In this document: in pieces, positions 9,590 to 19,805 of the stretch | Layout of the letters: each line of letters starts with the position of its first letter | Numbering within the stretch: position 1 is the stretch's first letter | Origin: an uncultured bacterium | Lineage (GTDB): Bacteria; Acidobacteriota; HRBIN11; JAKEFK01 | Direction of reading: 5' to 3' | Assembly: GCA_963777505.1 (NCBI GenBank) | Contig: CAVZQN010000006.1 | Span: 352,001 to 416,000 of the forward strand | DNA length: 64,000 nucleotides | Notes under the pieces: generated by a model | Database searches by the model: none | Told to the model about the DNA's origin: nothing | Seen by the model: only the letters and a program-made list of their open reading frames with translations | Program-made: the position numbers and the translations under genes

Positions 9590-11476
9590 ATGAGAGAACC
9601 TCAACCTAAGATTGGTACTTTTTTCAGCTTATTCGTAGGCTTCGCGTTATCTGCATTTATTGGGTTGCTTGAAGCTATTGTTCTTAAAGTCTCGCATAAA
9701 GCGATTCCAGGCAGTTCAGATCCCTGGACCATTCATGCTGCATTCACTATTTATGGTCTCACAGGACTCATTTTAGCTGCTTTGTTATTTCTACTTTTTC
9801 GCAGCCTGAGGTTTCCTTCAAAAATGTTCATAACTATTCTTGCCTTCTGGGCAGGTGTTTGGGCCATTTATGTTTGGAACCTCATGATTCCTTCCGGATT
9901 TTTGTCTGCTGCTGGATTGGCCGGCACAGGACTGGCAATCTTGATGATCTTTGGATTTATGAAGTTTGTTGCACCAAAGATTCATGCCGCGGTTCCATCA
10001 CGTTATTTTACTGGAGCATCATTAATGATGCTTGTCTTATCTGTGTTCGCACTTATCTTTCAAAGTCCGATAGCTGCAGGATCCAAGAAACAAAATGGGC
10101 CAAATGTTTCTTTGCCGAATGTAATCCTGATTACGCTAGACACCACAAGAGCTGATCATCTCACACCTTACGGTTACAGTCGCGATACAACTCCATTTCT
10201 AGCAAAGCTAGCATCGGAAGGTGTGCTCTTCGAAAATGCATTTGCAGTCTCTTCCTGGACTTTGCCATCGCATTCATCAATTTTCACCGGCAAACTTCCC
10301 TCAGTGCATGGTGCTACATATCAGCATTTGTGGCTCGATTCATCCGAAGACTGTCTTGCAGAAATTCTAAAACGCAAAGGCTATCAAACCGCTGCTTTCG
10401 TAAGCGGACCATTTCTGCTTGCTGCATTCAATGTCACCCAGGGATTTGAATATTATGATGATCAGCTTGATCCATTATCAGGAATACAACGCCTGATGTT
10501 AGTAAAAGTAATCCGCAGATTTCATCAAAAGCCATTGTGGTGGGTAGACGGACAAAGGAATGCAATTGAAGTCAATCAACAGCTCTTCAAATGGTTCGAT
10601 CATAACTCCGAACGAAAACCATTTTTTGCTTTCATTAATTACTTTGACCCGCATGACCCTTATTTGCCGCCGGCTGCATACAGCAAAATGTATAGAACTT
10701 CTCCATCAAGAATGAATGGAAGAATTGAAGGAATTTATTCTGATCGAGCAACTGGTGAGCGGATTGCTAAAGACGGAAAGCCCTTGCGTGAAGATGATTA
10801 CCAGGCCCTGAAAGCGCTATATGATGGTGAGATCCGTTTTATGGATGATCAGCTCTCAAAGCTATTTGATTATTTAAAGCAAAATAGTCTTTTATCAAAT
10901 ACGCTTGTGGTCATTACTTCAGATCATGGCGAAAGCCTTGGTGAGCACAAAATTCTGGATCACGGACATACCCTCTATGAAGAACAGATCAGGGTTCCAT
11001 TACTTATGATTGGCCCAAATATTCCAAAAGGAAAAAGAATCTCGGGCATCATACGGAATATCGATATACTTCCTACGTTGATGGAGTATTTAAAGTTTAC
11101 AGCTCCTTCAGATATCCAAGGAAAGAGCTTCCTTTCAAATTTAGCAGATGCTCCGCATGATGGCAGAATTTATGTAGGAGAGATCTTTCAAGATCCGAAT
11201 ACAAGAGTGAAAAGGTTTCAGCGGGATTTGAAAAGCCGTCGTGATGATACTTCAAAACTATTGTGGGCTTCCAATGAACGTCACGAATTTTACGATCTTC
11301 CTTCCGATCCTGCCGAAAATCACAATTTGTATCAGACAAAGCAAGAAAATTTTAATTTGATCTCTACGGAACTATTTAACTATTTGAAACCGCTCCCCAA
11401 AAAGGATCGTCGTAAAAAACCTGAGATAGATGAAGAGTCGCTTGAGAGTTTAAAGGCCACAGGATATTTAGATTAG
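9590..11476 (+). CDS. Polytopic membrane sulfatase-like hydrolase/transferase (Thr nucleophile)
   Basis: About 5 N-terminal TM segments; PNVILITLDTTRADH; WTLPSHSS; DPHDPY; TSDHGE; ends SLKATGYLD. ATG9590 chosen to avoid overlap with the divergent gene. Confidence 0.88.
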   Translation: MREPQPKIGTFFSLFVGFALSAFIGLLEAIVLKVSHKAIPGSSDPWTIHAAFTIYGLTGLILAALLFLLFRSLRFPSKMFITILAFWAGVWAIYVWNLMIPSGFLSAAGLAGTGLAILMIFGFMKFVAPKIHAAVPSRYFTGASLMMLVLSVFALIFQSPIAAGSKKQNGPNVSLPNVILITLDTTRADHLTPYGYSRDTTPFLAKLASEGVLFENAFAVSSWTLPSHSSIFTGKLPSVHGATYQHLWLDSSEDCLAEILKRKGYQTAAFVSGPFLLAAFNVTQGFEYYDDQLDPLSGIQRLMLVKVIRRFHQKPLWWVDGQRNAIEVNQQLFKWFDHNSERKPFFAFINYFDPHDPYLPPAAYSKMYRTSPSRMNGRIEGIYSDRATGERIAKDGKPLREDDYQALKALYDGEIRFMDDQLSKLFDYLKQNSLLSNTLVVITSDHGESLGEHKILDHGHTLYEEQIRVPLLMIGPNIPKGKRISGIIRNIDILPTLMEYLKFTAPSDIQGKSFLSNLADAPHDGRIYVGEIFQDPNTRVKRFQRDLKSRRDDTSKLLWASNERHEFYDLPSDPAENHNLYQTKQENFNLISTELFNYLKPLPKKDRRKKPEIDEESLESLKATGYLD

Positions 11477-11478
11477 AC

Positions 11479-12588
11479 ATGTTTATGAAAATTCCTCTCG
11501 TAGATGTTGCTTCACAATACAGTTCTATTCAAAACGAACTTGAGCCTGTTGTACTGAATGTCTTGAGAAGTGGAAACTACATACTTGGTGAAGAGCTGGC
11601 GAACTTCGAAAAAGAATTTGCTGAATTTTGCAATACCAAGTTTGCTGTGGGTGTGAATTCTGGAACGAGTGCGCTGCATCTGGCATTGCTTGCTGCAGGT
11701 GTGGAGCCAGGATCGGAAGTCATTACAGTGCCATTTACGTTTGTTGCCAGTGTAGCCACAATTCTTTACACCGGGGCTCGCCCGGTTTTTGTAGATATCA
11801 ATCCGGATACTTGTCTGATGGATGTCAATCAGGTTGCAGATAAAATTTCTGAGAAAACAAAAGCCATAGTCCCTGTGCATCTTTACGGGCATCCAGTCGA
11901 TATGGATCCGCTTCTCGATCTGGCGCGAAAAAATAACCTTATTGTGATTGAGGATGCCGCCCAGGCGCACGGAGCTCGTTACAAACAACGCCTTGTTGGA
12001 GGTTTTGGGGAAATTGGATGTTTCAGCTTTTATCCAAGCAAGAATCTTGGAGCTGCTGGTGAGGGCGGCGCCATCACAACAAATAATGAAGCTTTCTACA
12101 ATAAAATTCGAAAGTTAAGAAACTGGGGAAGTGATGACCGCTATCATCATGAATTTCTTGCCTACAACTTCAGGCTAGAAAATATTCAAGCGGCAATACT
12201 GCGGATCAAGCTTCGTCATCTTAATGATTGGAATATGGAGCGCACCCAAATAGCGGCCGAATATGATTCTGCTTTTAGGAATACGAATGTTCGTTTACTT
12301 AGAAAGTCTGACACTTCGCAGCCGGTGCATCACATCTATCCAATATTTTCAAAGAAACGTGATGCTATAAAAATGAGTCTCGAAAAAGCAGGAGTTTCAA
12401 CAGGGATTCATTATCCTGTGCCCATTCATTTACAACAAGGATATCAATTCCTGGGTTACAAGGCGGGGGAGTTCCCGGGTGCGGAGCATGCGGCTGAGGA
12501 AACACTTTCAATTCCAATTTATCCTGAACTTACATCCGAGAAACGCATCTATGTAATTGAATCCGTTTTGAACAGTCTGAATGGATAA
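11479..12588 (+). CDS. DegT/DnrJ/EryC1/StrS family NDP-sugar aminotransferase
   Basis: NSGTSAL, PVHLYG, IEDAAQAHG, FSFYPSKNLGAAGEGG. Confidence 0.95.
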   Translation: MFMKIPLVDVASQYSSIQNELEPVVLNVLRSGNYILGEELANFEKEFAEFCNTKFAVGVNSGTSALHLALLAAGVEPGSEVITVPFTFVASVATILYTGARPVFVDINPDTCLMDVNQVADKISEKTKAIVPVHLYGHPVDMDPLLDLARKNNLIVIEDAAQAHGARYKQRLVGGFGEIGCFSFYPSKNLGAAGEGGAITTNNEAFYNKIRKLRNWGSDDRYHHEFLAYNFRLENIQAAILRIKLRHLNDWNMERTQIAAEYDSAFRNTNVRLLRKSDTSQPVHHIYPIFSKKRDAIKMSLEKAGVSTGIHYPVPIHLQQGYQFLGYKAGEFPGAEHAAEETLSIPIYPELTSEKRIYVIESVLNSLNG

Positions 12589-13279
12589 CATACAAGTCTC
12601 TCTGTGTTTTCCTGTTTATAACGAAGAACCAACGATCGCACAGGTTCTTGAAGAAACATATCTTCAAATGTCCGGCTCAGGCGTAAGTTATGAAATTGTA
12701 GTCTGCGTTGATGGTTCTACTGACAAATCGCCGGAAATTATTCGCGCCGCAAGTCAAAGAATTCCGAAGTTGCGAGTGATCGAAAATGATGGCCGCAAGG
12801 GGATTACGTATACATTTGAACGATTGTATATTGAGGCTCGCGGACAATTTGTATTGTTAAATTCAGCAGATCGTCAATGGCCGGCCTCCATCATTCATCC
12901 CATGCTGAAATTATCAAAACAGTTCGATATCGTAATCGCTTCAAGAAAACAAAAGCATTACAGTACCACCCGAAAATTTGTTTCCTGGATGTTTAATGCA
13001 ATTCCTGAGCGCTTGTTTGGGGTACGCACCTACGATGCTGGCGCAGCAAAATTATTGAAGAAGGAAATTATTGAGCGATTTCCAATTGTCTCGCAATCCC
13101 CATTTGCTGAAGCAGAACGGATCATACGCGCTGTTCGTTCAGGCTACACGATTACTGAATATCCCGTAGAAACTTCTCCACGAATACACGGGAAGCAACG
13201 GGGCATCAGCCCCCGCCTTGTACTACAATCCGCCCGGGATGCGATGAAGGTGTGGGTTGCGTTGAGAGAAAGAAAATAA
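12581..13279 (+). CDS. GT2, polyprenol-phosphate glycosyltransferase (DPM1-like)
   Basis: FPVYNEE, VDGSTD, short length, ADRQW (DxD variant), EYPVETSPR. Confidence 0.85.
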   Translation: MDNIQVSLCFPVYNEEPTIAQVLEETYLQMSGSGVSYEIVVCVDGSTDKSPEIIRAASQRIPKLRVIENDGRKGITYTFERLYIEARGQFVLLNSADRQWPASIIHPMLKLSKQFDIVIASRKQKHYSTTRKFVSWMFNAIPERLFGVRTYDAGAAKLLKKEIIERFPIVSQSPFAEAERIIRAVRSGYTITEYPVETSPRIHGKQRGISPRLVLQSARDAMKVWVALRERK

Positions 13280-13295
13280 CTTCGTGTCTTTGTGG

Positions 13296-14243
13296 CTAAA
13301 ACACTTGTTGGAATTTTCCTGTGAGCCGTTTCACTGACTTCACGCTATAAAGCGGCGCTTTTTTCACTTCAGTCATGATGTAAGTCACATATTTTGAAAG
13401 CATCCCCAGAACGAGGAAGAGTCCGGAGAATCCAAATGTCATGACAAGAACAAGAGTCGTCCATCCTGGGACGATAGAATTAAGAATGAAGTGAATAAAC
13501 ACAGAATACGTTCCAATCGCTATCGATAGAAGTAAGAAAAAGAAGGCGATATAAAAACTTAACTTTGTTCCAACGGACGAATGAATCAAGATAAGTTCAA
13601 ATGCCATATCGATCCGTTCGTGGAATCGCTTTTCTGTGTGAATCTGACGGATCTCTTTTGAAGGCTTATATAAGATTTCTTCAAAAGGGAAGCCGGATAA
13701 TCTCATCATTGCTTTTCTGTATCGAATTTTTTCTTTCGATGACAGGATCCTGTTTAATGCCCTCCGGCTAATGATTCGCAAACGTTCGGTCCGCACAACA
13801 ATCGGAATTTCTGAAATGCGATTGAAGATGAAGTAAAACAACTTTGAAAAAATTCCGATACGTTGAGAAGGACAGGCGCTCACTACATCGATTCCACCTT
13901 TGCATTTTTGAAATAGTTCGAAAATCAGATCGATCGGATAATCGATAATTGAAGTTTCTACTTCAATTACAAAATCACCCATTGCAAGATCTGAACCCGC
14001 AACGATTGCCAACTCGGTTCGATGATGCCAGGAAAGATCAACCAGCAGAATATTTCCAGTCAAGTAGCCAGAATTTTCTATGCGTTCGACAGTTCGATCT
14101 GTGCTGGCATCGTTAACCAGGATAAGCTCAAAATTTTCGAAATGTTCTTCAAGAAATTTATGATATGCGCCTAAGAAAGATTCAATCGTGTTTTCAGCGT
14201 TGTAGATATAAACAACGACCGACAAAAAAGCCTTCTCTTTCAT
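13296..14243 (-). CDS. GT2 with two C-terminal TM helices (GtrB/ArnC-like)
   Basis: LVNDASTD; VPGWTTL between the C-terminal TMs; PLYSV tail. Confidence 0.85.
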   Translation of the reverse strand: MKEKAFLSVVVYIYNAENTIESFLGAYHKFLEEHFENFELILVNDASTDRTVERIENSGYLTGNILLVDLSWHHRTELAIVAGSDLAMGDFVIEVETSIIDYPIDLIFELFQKCKGGIDVVSACPSQRIGIFSKLFYFIFNRISEIPIVVRTERLRIISRRALNRILSSKEKIRYRKAMMRLSGFPFEEILYKPSKEIRQIHTEKRFHERIDMAFELILIHSSVGTKLSFYIAFFFLLLSIAIGTYSVFIHFILNSIVPGWTTLVLVMTFGFSGLFLVLGMLSKYVTYIMTEVKKAPLYSVKSVKRLTGKFQQVF

Positions 14244-15379
14244 AAGAATTGCCTTTTGAGGTCATATATGGTGCTGATTTTTCCGGATAGAACAGAAATG
14301 AAATTCGGATTTGAATTTACTTTCTGAATGAAGGTAGGCCGGGCATCATCAATTTCAGAAGCATGGGGTATCGTTTTCACCGCAAAAAGTGCCTCCTCAA
14401 ATTCTATCGTAATTGATTCATGTAAGTATTTTGAGGCAAGCTGACGCATTAAGGGAAATGCTGATTCCGGGCGGGCTTCACAAGTGGAGCAATTTTGAAG
14501 CTGCTGAGGAGTGCAGTTTGGATTATTCTTCTGACAATCAAAGGTAGGAACTGGCGACGTGGATGTCAGGTGTGGCGTATATGGCACAGCGCTCAGAACA
14601 TGAAAACCACTTGTTCCAAATGGAACTAATGAGAAAAATGGTCCGTCCATGACAGTCATTCCGAAATTTTCGGCTGCTGAAGAGACTTTGCAAAGTGTGA
14701 CTTCACATAATTCGTACTTCAAAGGAAGTTTGGGAAGTCCAAACAATTCCTGAGTCTGATTCAAGCTCGCGTAGGTAGCGTTAATAACATTACTTGCCTT
14801 AAAAATTGATCCATCGCTCAGTTGAAGCCTGTAATTTTGGTCTTGAATCTCCGCTTTAATAACGTGAGTGGAGTAAAGTATTTCAGCGTTATCATTCGAT
14901 TGAATTTTGCCTAACAAATAATTACGAATTTTTGGTGCATCAAAAGAATATTCTTGAATGCTGAATGCTGCTTCGATCAAATCGGGCTTAAAGTATGGAG
15001 ATGGATCGACTTCGGAACATGGAATTCGGGCATGGTCACAAAATTTTTGAAATTGTTCGGCATTCGTTTGAGAGTAATGACTTGCAATCGCATAAATATT
15101 TTCAAATTTGTTCATCAAGGCAAAATCAAATTCTTCACAAAATTCGCGAAAATATGAAGCTGTTTGTTTTGCTGTGGTAAAACTTCGTGGATAGTGATAT
15201 CCATTGTGGATTCTTGCTTGATTCACAAAGGAAGCTCTTTGAAAACTTGCTGGCTCATACTCAATGACTGCGACTGTATTTCCTTTTTCTGCAAGAATGC
15301 AGGCAGAGTACAATCCGTAAATTCCTGCGCCCAGAACTACATAATCAAATTCTTTAATATTATTAACCACGAAGATCAC
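14240..15379 (-). CDS. FAD-dependent oxidoreductase (DAO family)
   Basis: VVLGAGIYG dinucleotide fold; RASFVNQARIHNGYHYPRS; SGKI near end; overlaps downstream GT2. Confidence 0.85.
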   Translation of the reverse strand: MIFVVNNIKEFDYVVLGAGIYGLYSACILAEKGNTVAVIEYEPASFQRASFVNQARIHNGYHYPRSFTTAKQTASYFREFCEEFDFALMNKFENIYAIASHYSQTNAEQFQKFCDHARIPCSEVDPSPYFKPDLIEAAFSIQEYSFDAPKIRNYLLGKIQSNDNAEILYSTHVIKAEIQDQNYRLQLSDGSIFKASNVINATYASLNQTQELFGLPKLPLKYELCEVTLCKVSSAAENFGMTVMDGPFFSLVPFGTSGFHVLSAVPYTPHLTSTSPVPTFDCQKNNPNCTPQQLQNCSTCEARPESAFPLMRQLASKYLHESITIEFEEALFAVKTIPHASEIDDARPTFIQKVNSNPNFISVLSGKISTIYDLKRQFL

Positions 15380-15393
15380 GAAGATTTACGAAG

Positions 15394-15873
15394 TTATTCA
15401 TTTTTATCAGTAATATAGCGCGTAATTCTTGCGGGAACTCCCACTACAACTGCGAAATCAGGAACGTCATTTGTCACAACCGCGCCTGCCCCAATCATTG
15501 CATTTTTACCAATTGTAATTCCTCCCATGATGACTGCGCCGCTGCCAAGGCTTGCTCCATGTTTTACAAGAGTTCGCACACATTGCCAGTCTTTTTCAGT
15601 TTGGAGTCTTCCCTCAATAGTCGCGCGAGGTTCGATCGTATTAATAAACATAACTCCATGACCAACGAAAACCTCATCTTCTATCGTTACCCCTTCACAG
15701 ATGAAAGAGTGGGAAGAAATCTTACAGCGTGATCCTACTACCGCATTTTTCTGGATTTCGACAAAAGTGCCAATCCTGGTGCCGTCACCGACGACACATC
15801 CATAGAGGTTCACAAGCTCCGGATGATGAATTTCAACTCCATTTCCAAGCCTGACGTCATTGCTGATGGGCAT
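15394..15873 (-). CDS. Hexapeptide-repeat sugar N-acetyltransferase (WbpD/QdtC-like)
   Basis: VNLYGC, GTFVEIQK, HSFICEGVTIEDEVFVGHGVMFIN, GAGAVVT, VVGVPAR. Confidence 0.92.
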   Translation of the reverse strand: MPISNDVRLGNGVEIHHPELVNLYGCVVGDGTRIGTFVEIQKNAVVGSRCKISSHSFICEGVTIEDEVFVGHGVMFINTIEPRATIEGRLQTEKDWQCVRTLVKHGASLGSGAVIMGGITIGKNAMIGAGAVVTNDVPDFAVVVGVPARITRYITDKNE

Positions 15874-16009
15874 ATTCCGCGGTGAATTCTATAGACTAGA
15901 ATTTTCACTGTCAATGATAATACATTCTCACAAACGAACTCACCAATTCGCCAGCGAAACTTGATTTGAGTGGTTGCTATCAGTAAACTAAAAAGCTTTC
16001 AATGTAAGG

Positions 16010-17381
16010 TTGTTTTTTCTCATGCGTAAATCTGTTTTGATTCTTCTCATAATCGCTTTAGCCGGTGGCGCAGCAGCCATCTATGTAAACTATAAGCAAC
16101 AGTATCCAAATATCGTTTTGATTACGATTGATACTTTGCGAAGTGACCACTGTACACCTTATGGCTATAGCAGAGATACCACCCCTTTGATGAGCACGTT
16201 GGCACAGCAAGGAAGTCTGTTTGAGAATGTTTATGCCCCAATGCCGACGACTGGACCTTCACATTCCACCATGTTCACTTCACGCTATCCGATCTCTCAT
16301 GGAGTTGTGAAGAACGGTTTTGTTTTGGCTGAGGAAGAGCTAACAATCGCAGAAATCCTGCAGAGTAACGGTTATGCTACCGCCGCTGTCATCAGCTCTT
16401 TTGCTGTAAATTCAAAATTTGGTTTGAAACAGGGGTTCCAATATTACGATGAAGAATTTATTGGAAAAAACCCATCGATGCGAACAACGCGCTGGCAAGG
16501 AATTGAAGTCGAAGGTTTATTCGATAGGCGCGCTAAAGAGACGACCGCAAGCGCATTGAAGTGGATCAAAAATCCGCAAAAAAAACCGTTTTTCCTTTGG
16601 GTTCACTATTTTGATCCTCATGGTCCTTATGATCCGCCGGATCGTTTTAAGAAAAAATTTGCAAGCGCTTCGGGCGGCAATCTGGAACCTCAGCGATACT
16701 TACGATGCGTATGATGGTGAAGTCGGATATGCCGATGCTGAAATTGAGAAGATCGTGAAATATTTCGACGAGAAAGGATTAGATGAAGATACGTTGTTGA
16801 TTGTTACAGCCGATCATGGTGAAGGTTTAGGCCAACATGATCACATGCACCATGGATTGTTTTTGTACGAAGAAGCAGTCCGCGTCCCTCTTGTCATTCG
16901 ATGGCCTGGAAAAATTCCAGCAGGATTGAGAATCAAGAATCGTGTAGAGCTTCTTGATTTATCTCCAACAATTCTGGACATTGCCGGCATCCCTGCAAAA
17001 AACGCCAAGTACCAGGGCAGAAGTTTGAAGAGTTTGCTAAAAGCGCCTTCGATAACCCGGCAAAGCCGTCCAATTTTTTTCCAGCGAAGATTATATGAAA
17101 CTGAAAATTACAAAGGCAATATTGTGAAGGGAGAAAAGCTTGGCGTTCTGATTGATCAATGGAAATATATTGAAGCCCTGAAAGAAAGATCGGTTGAGTT
17201 GTATGATTTAAGCGCGGATCCTGGTGAATTAACAAACATCAGCAGGGATCATCCCGATCAGGTCAGGCGCTTGTCATCGATGATCAAAGACTGGCGTCAG
17301 AAATACGGAAAGGAAACGTATGATCAATCAATGAGCGAGGAAGATATTGAAGCTTTGAGATCTCTTGGATACGTGCAATAG
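16010..17381 (+). CDS. Sulfatase-like hydrolase/transferase (Thr nucleophile); split by a +1 frameshift near 16700
   Basis: ORF 16010-16714 has ITIDTLRSDH, TTGPSHST, DPHGPY; ORF 16611-17381 continues AYDGEV, TADHGE and ends ALRSLGYVQ. Confidence 0.85.
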
Positions 17382-17402
17382 CCGCATTAGTTGAATATCA
17401 AC

Positions 17403-19805
17403 ATGCCGATGAAGCGCGCACTTCCATACTTCTTCTTTTTTCTATTTAGCATTATTTATTTCTGGCCTGTTCTGTTTGGTTCAGCCATCCTTCTGCCAAC
17501 AAATCCAAAAACGATTCCACCATGGAATGAATTTGAATCATCTGAACCGTCCAACGGTCTAATGATCGACAGTCTTACCCTTTTGTATCCATGGCGCGTT
17601 TTTAATTCCAATGTTTTAAGGAGCGGGGAAGTCCCACACTGGAATCCTTACATTTTCTGCGGCTATCCACATCTTGCAGCTCTTCAAACGAACAGTTTGT
17701 ATCCCGGAACAATTTTGTTTGATCTGCTGGATCCTGTGCGTGGAATTGCAGGCTCGATGGCATTACACCTGGCGCTCAGCGGCGTATTCATGTTCCTTTT
17801 CTTGAAACGGATCGGACTATCACCGCAGGCAAGCTTCTTAGGTGCGCTTACATACGAATTTAACGGAATGTTCCTTGTGCGAATGAGTTCACCTACGTAT
17901 GTGTTTTCTGCTGTTTGGATTCCGATGATGTTGATTGGGGCGCACGCACTCGCACAAAAACTCAGCCTCAAAAATTCGCTTCCATTAATCTTTGGTGTTG
18001 CACTATCTTTTTTAGGCGGACATCCCCAAATTTTTCTAAATGGTGTTGTGATTGCAGGTTTATTCTTCCTTTTTGAACTCCGCCACAATTTTTCTATACG
18101 AAAGCTCTTTACGCCTGTTTTTATTTTTGGATGCGCATGCTTGGCCGGCTTAGCGCTGGCAGCATTTGAATTGTTGCCTTTTGGTGAGTTGATTCGCAAT
18201 TCTTCGCGTGAATCGATCCCTTTGGAAATCTACAAGAAAGCGGCGCCTCCATTTGTGATTGCGATTCAGGCAATCATTTCGGATTTCTTTGGCAATCCAG
18301 TGGATAAGAATTACTGGTTCAATCAAGGAGCAGAACTTCTGGGACGTGGAAATAAGTTTGGTGCACCGTGGTCCTTTAACTATTCAGGCGAAAATCTATT
18401 CTCCGGGATCATTCCTCTGTTTCTTGCGGGGATTGCTCTATTCAAAAGCCGGAGTGTTTTGGCCCTGTTTTTTTCTTCGCTCTTGTTTGCTTCACTCGGA
18501 ATCTTATTTGGAACGCCTATTCTGGATGCAGTCTACTATCTCATTCCGACATTCCGATTTTCTCGGCCGGATCGCGTGATCATTATCTACATGTTTTGCA
18601 TGTCAGCGCTTGTTGCTGTGGGCTATCATTCTTTGCTTTACAAGGACTCATCGAATAAGACTTACGGCAAATGGATTGCCGCCGCTTTCGGAGTTCTTGC
18701 TCTTATAGTGATCGCTCCTTATTTGTTTGAGTCTCATTCTTTCAACGGACTTCGAGAATGGATCAATGTTGCAGGTCAAAAATTTCGCGCAATTTCATCA
18801 GCAAAGTCTGGTTTTTTGGTGACTGTCATTCTTCTTGTAACAGGTGGTGTGCTCGCGATTTTGATGAGCAAAATTCCGGCATCGCGAACGATTATGGTTT
18901 GCGTGTGGGCGTTACTAATTTTCCTGCCGTGCTACTTTTTCGGCTGGAAGTTTAATCCACTTCAACGGAGTCCACTCTTCCCTACAAATGAAGCTCAAAA
19001 TATCTTGACCGGAGAGACTTCAAAAGAGCTCTACAGGATTGTCCGCATTTTTGGCAGAAGAGGACAAAAGTATTTTCCATCGAACATTTCTGGCACGATG
19101 GATGTCTTCGATGTAAACGGTGCAAGCGCAGCACCTGTTTATCTCTATGCCGATTTTGTTCGATCGATTGATCCACGTGCGATTACAAAGGAAAAGTACT
19201 TTTGGGAGTTCACAAATCCAAGGCTAGCGAATCGTCCATTGTTTGATTTCTTAAATGTGAAGTATGTAATTTCGGATACCGCTCTGCCTTTTGACGAAGA
19301 ACCTTTATACAGAAAAGATCAATTCAGGATTTACAAGAACCCGCGTTATCTTCCCCGTTTTTTTCTCGCTTACTCTGCTGAGCCATACAAAGATGCGAAA
19401 CAAGCTCAAATGAATCTAAAGGATTGGAATTTTAATGCCGGAGAAACGGTTCTGATTTCGGAAGAACAGCTCAAGCTGAACAACATAATGCTGAGTGGAA
19501 ACGGATCAGGATCCGTGCGTGTTGTTAGTTATGAACCAAACAGGATTGAGCTTGAAGTAAAGTCCGACAAGAGTGCAATTCTCGTTTCGAGCGAGTCTTA
19601 TTACCCTGGCTGGCGCGCCGCAATTGACGGCCAGACGGTTGCTACTCTACTTGTGAATACTGCGTTTCGCGGTGTACATGTCCCGGCTGGCACTCACCGT
19701 GCAACATTCATGTACCATTCCACTTCTTTCCGGATCGGTACATTCATTTCGATTCTTGCACTCGGAATTCTTTTGTCAGCCCTATTCTTCAAGGCAAAAC
19801 CGTAA
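17403..19805 (+). CDS. YfhO-family (GT-C fold) membrane protein
   Basis: PHWNPYIFCGYP, GGHPQ, multiple TMs, C-terminal SESYYPGWRAAIDG...NTAFRGVHVPAGTH. Confidence 0.88.
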   Translation: MPMKRALPYFFFFLFSIIYFWPVLFGSAILLPTNPKTIPPWNEFESSEPSNGLMIDSLTLLYPWRVFNSNVLRSGEVPHWNPYIFCGYPHLAALQTNSLYPGTILFDLLDPVRGIAGSMALHLALSGVFMFLFLKRIGLSPQASFLGALTYEFNGMFLVRMSSPTYVFSAVWIPMMLIGAHALAQKLSLKNSLPLIFGVALSFLGGHPQIFLNGVVIAGLFFLFELRHNFSIRKLFTPVFIFGCACLAGLALAAFELLPFGELIRNSSRESIPLEIYKKAAPPFVIAIQAIISDFFGNPVDKNYWFNQGAELLGRGNKFGAPWSFNYSGENLFSGIIPLFLAGIALFKSRSVLALFFSSLLFASLGILFGTPILDAVYYLIPTFRFSRPDRVIIIYMFCMSALVAVGYHSLLYKDSSNKTYGKWIAAAFGVLALIVIAPYLFESHSFNGLREWINVAGQKFRAISSAKSGFLVTVILLVTGGVLAILMSKIPASRTIMVCVWALLIFLPCYFFGWKFNPLQRSPLFPTNEAQNILTGETSKELYRIVRIFGRRGQKYFPSNISGTMDVFDVNGASAAPVYLYADFVRSIDPRAITKEKYFWEFTNPRLANRPLFDFLNVKYVISDTALPFDEEPLYRKDQFRIYKNPRYLPRFFLAYSAEPYKDAKQAQMNLKDWNFNAGETVLISEEQLKLNNIMLSGNGSGSVRVVSYEPNRIELEVKSDKSAILVSSESYYPGWRAAIDGQTVATLLVNTAFRGVHVPAGTHRATFMYHSTSFRIGTFISILALGILLSALFFKAKP

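Noticed and set aside
16640-16710. Programmed ribosomal frameshifting in split genes
   Set aside because: No consistent slippery site or stimulator; the same +1 error recurs in unrelated genes.
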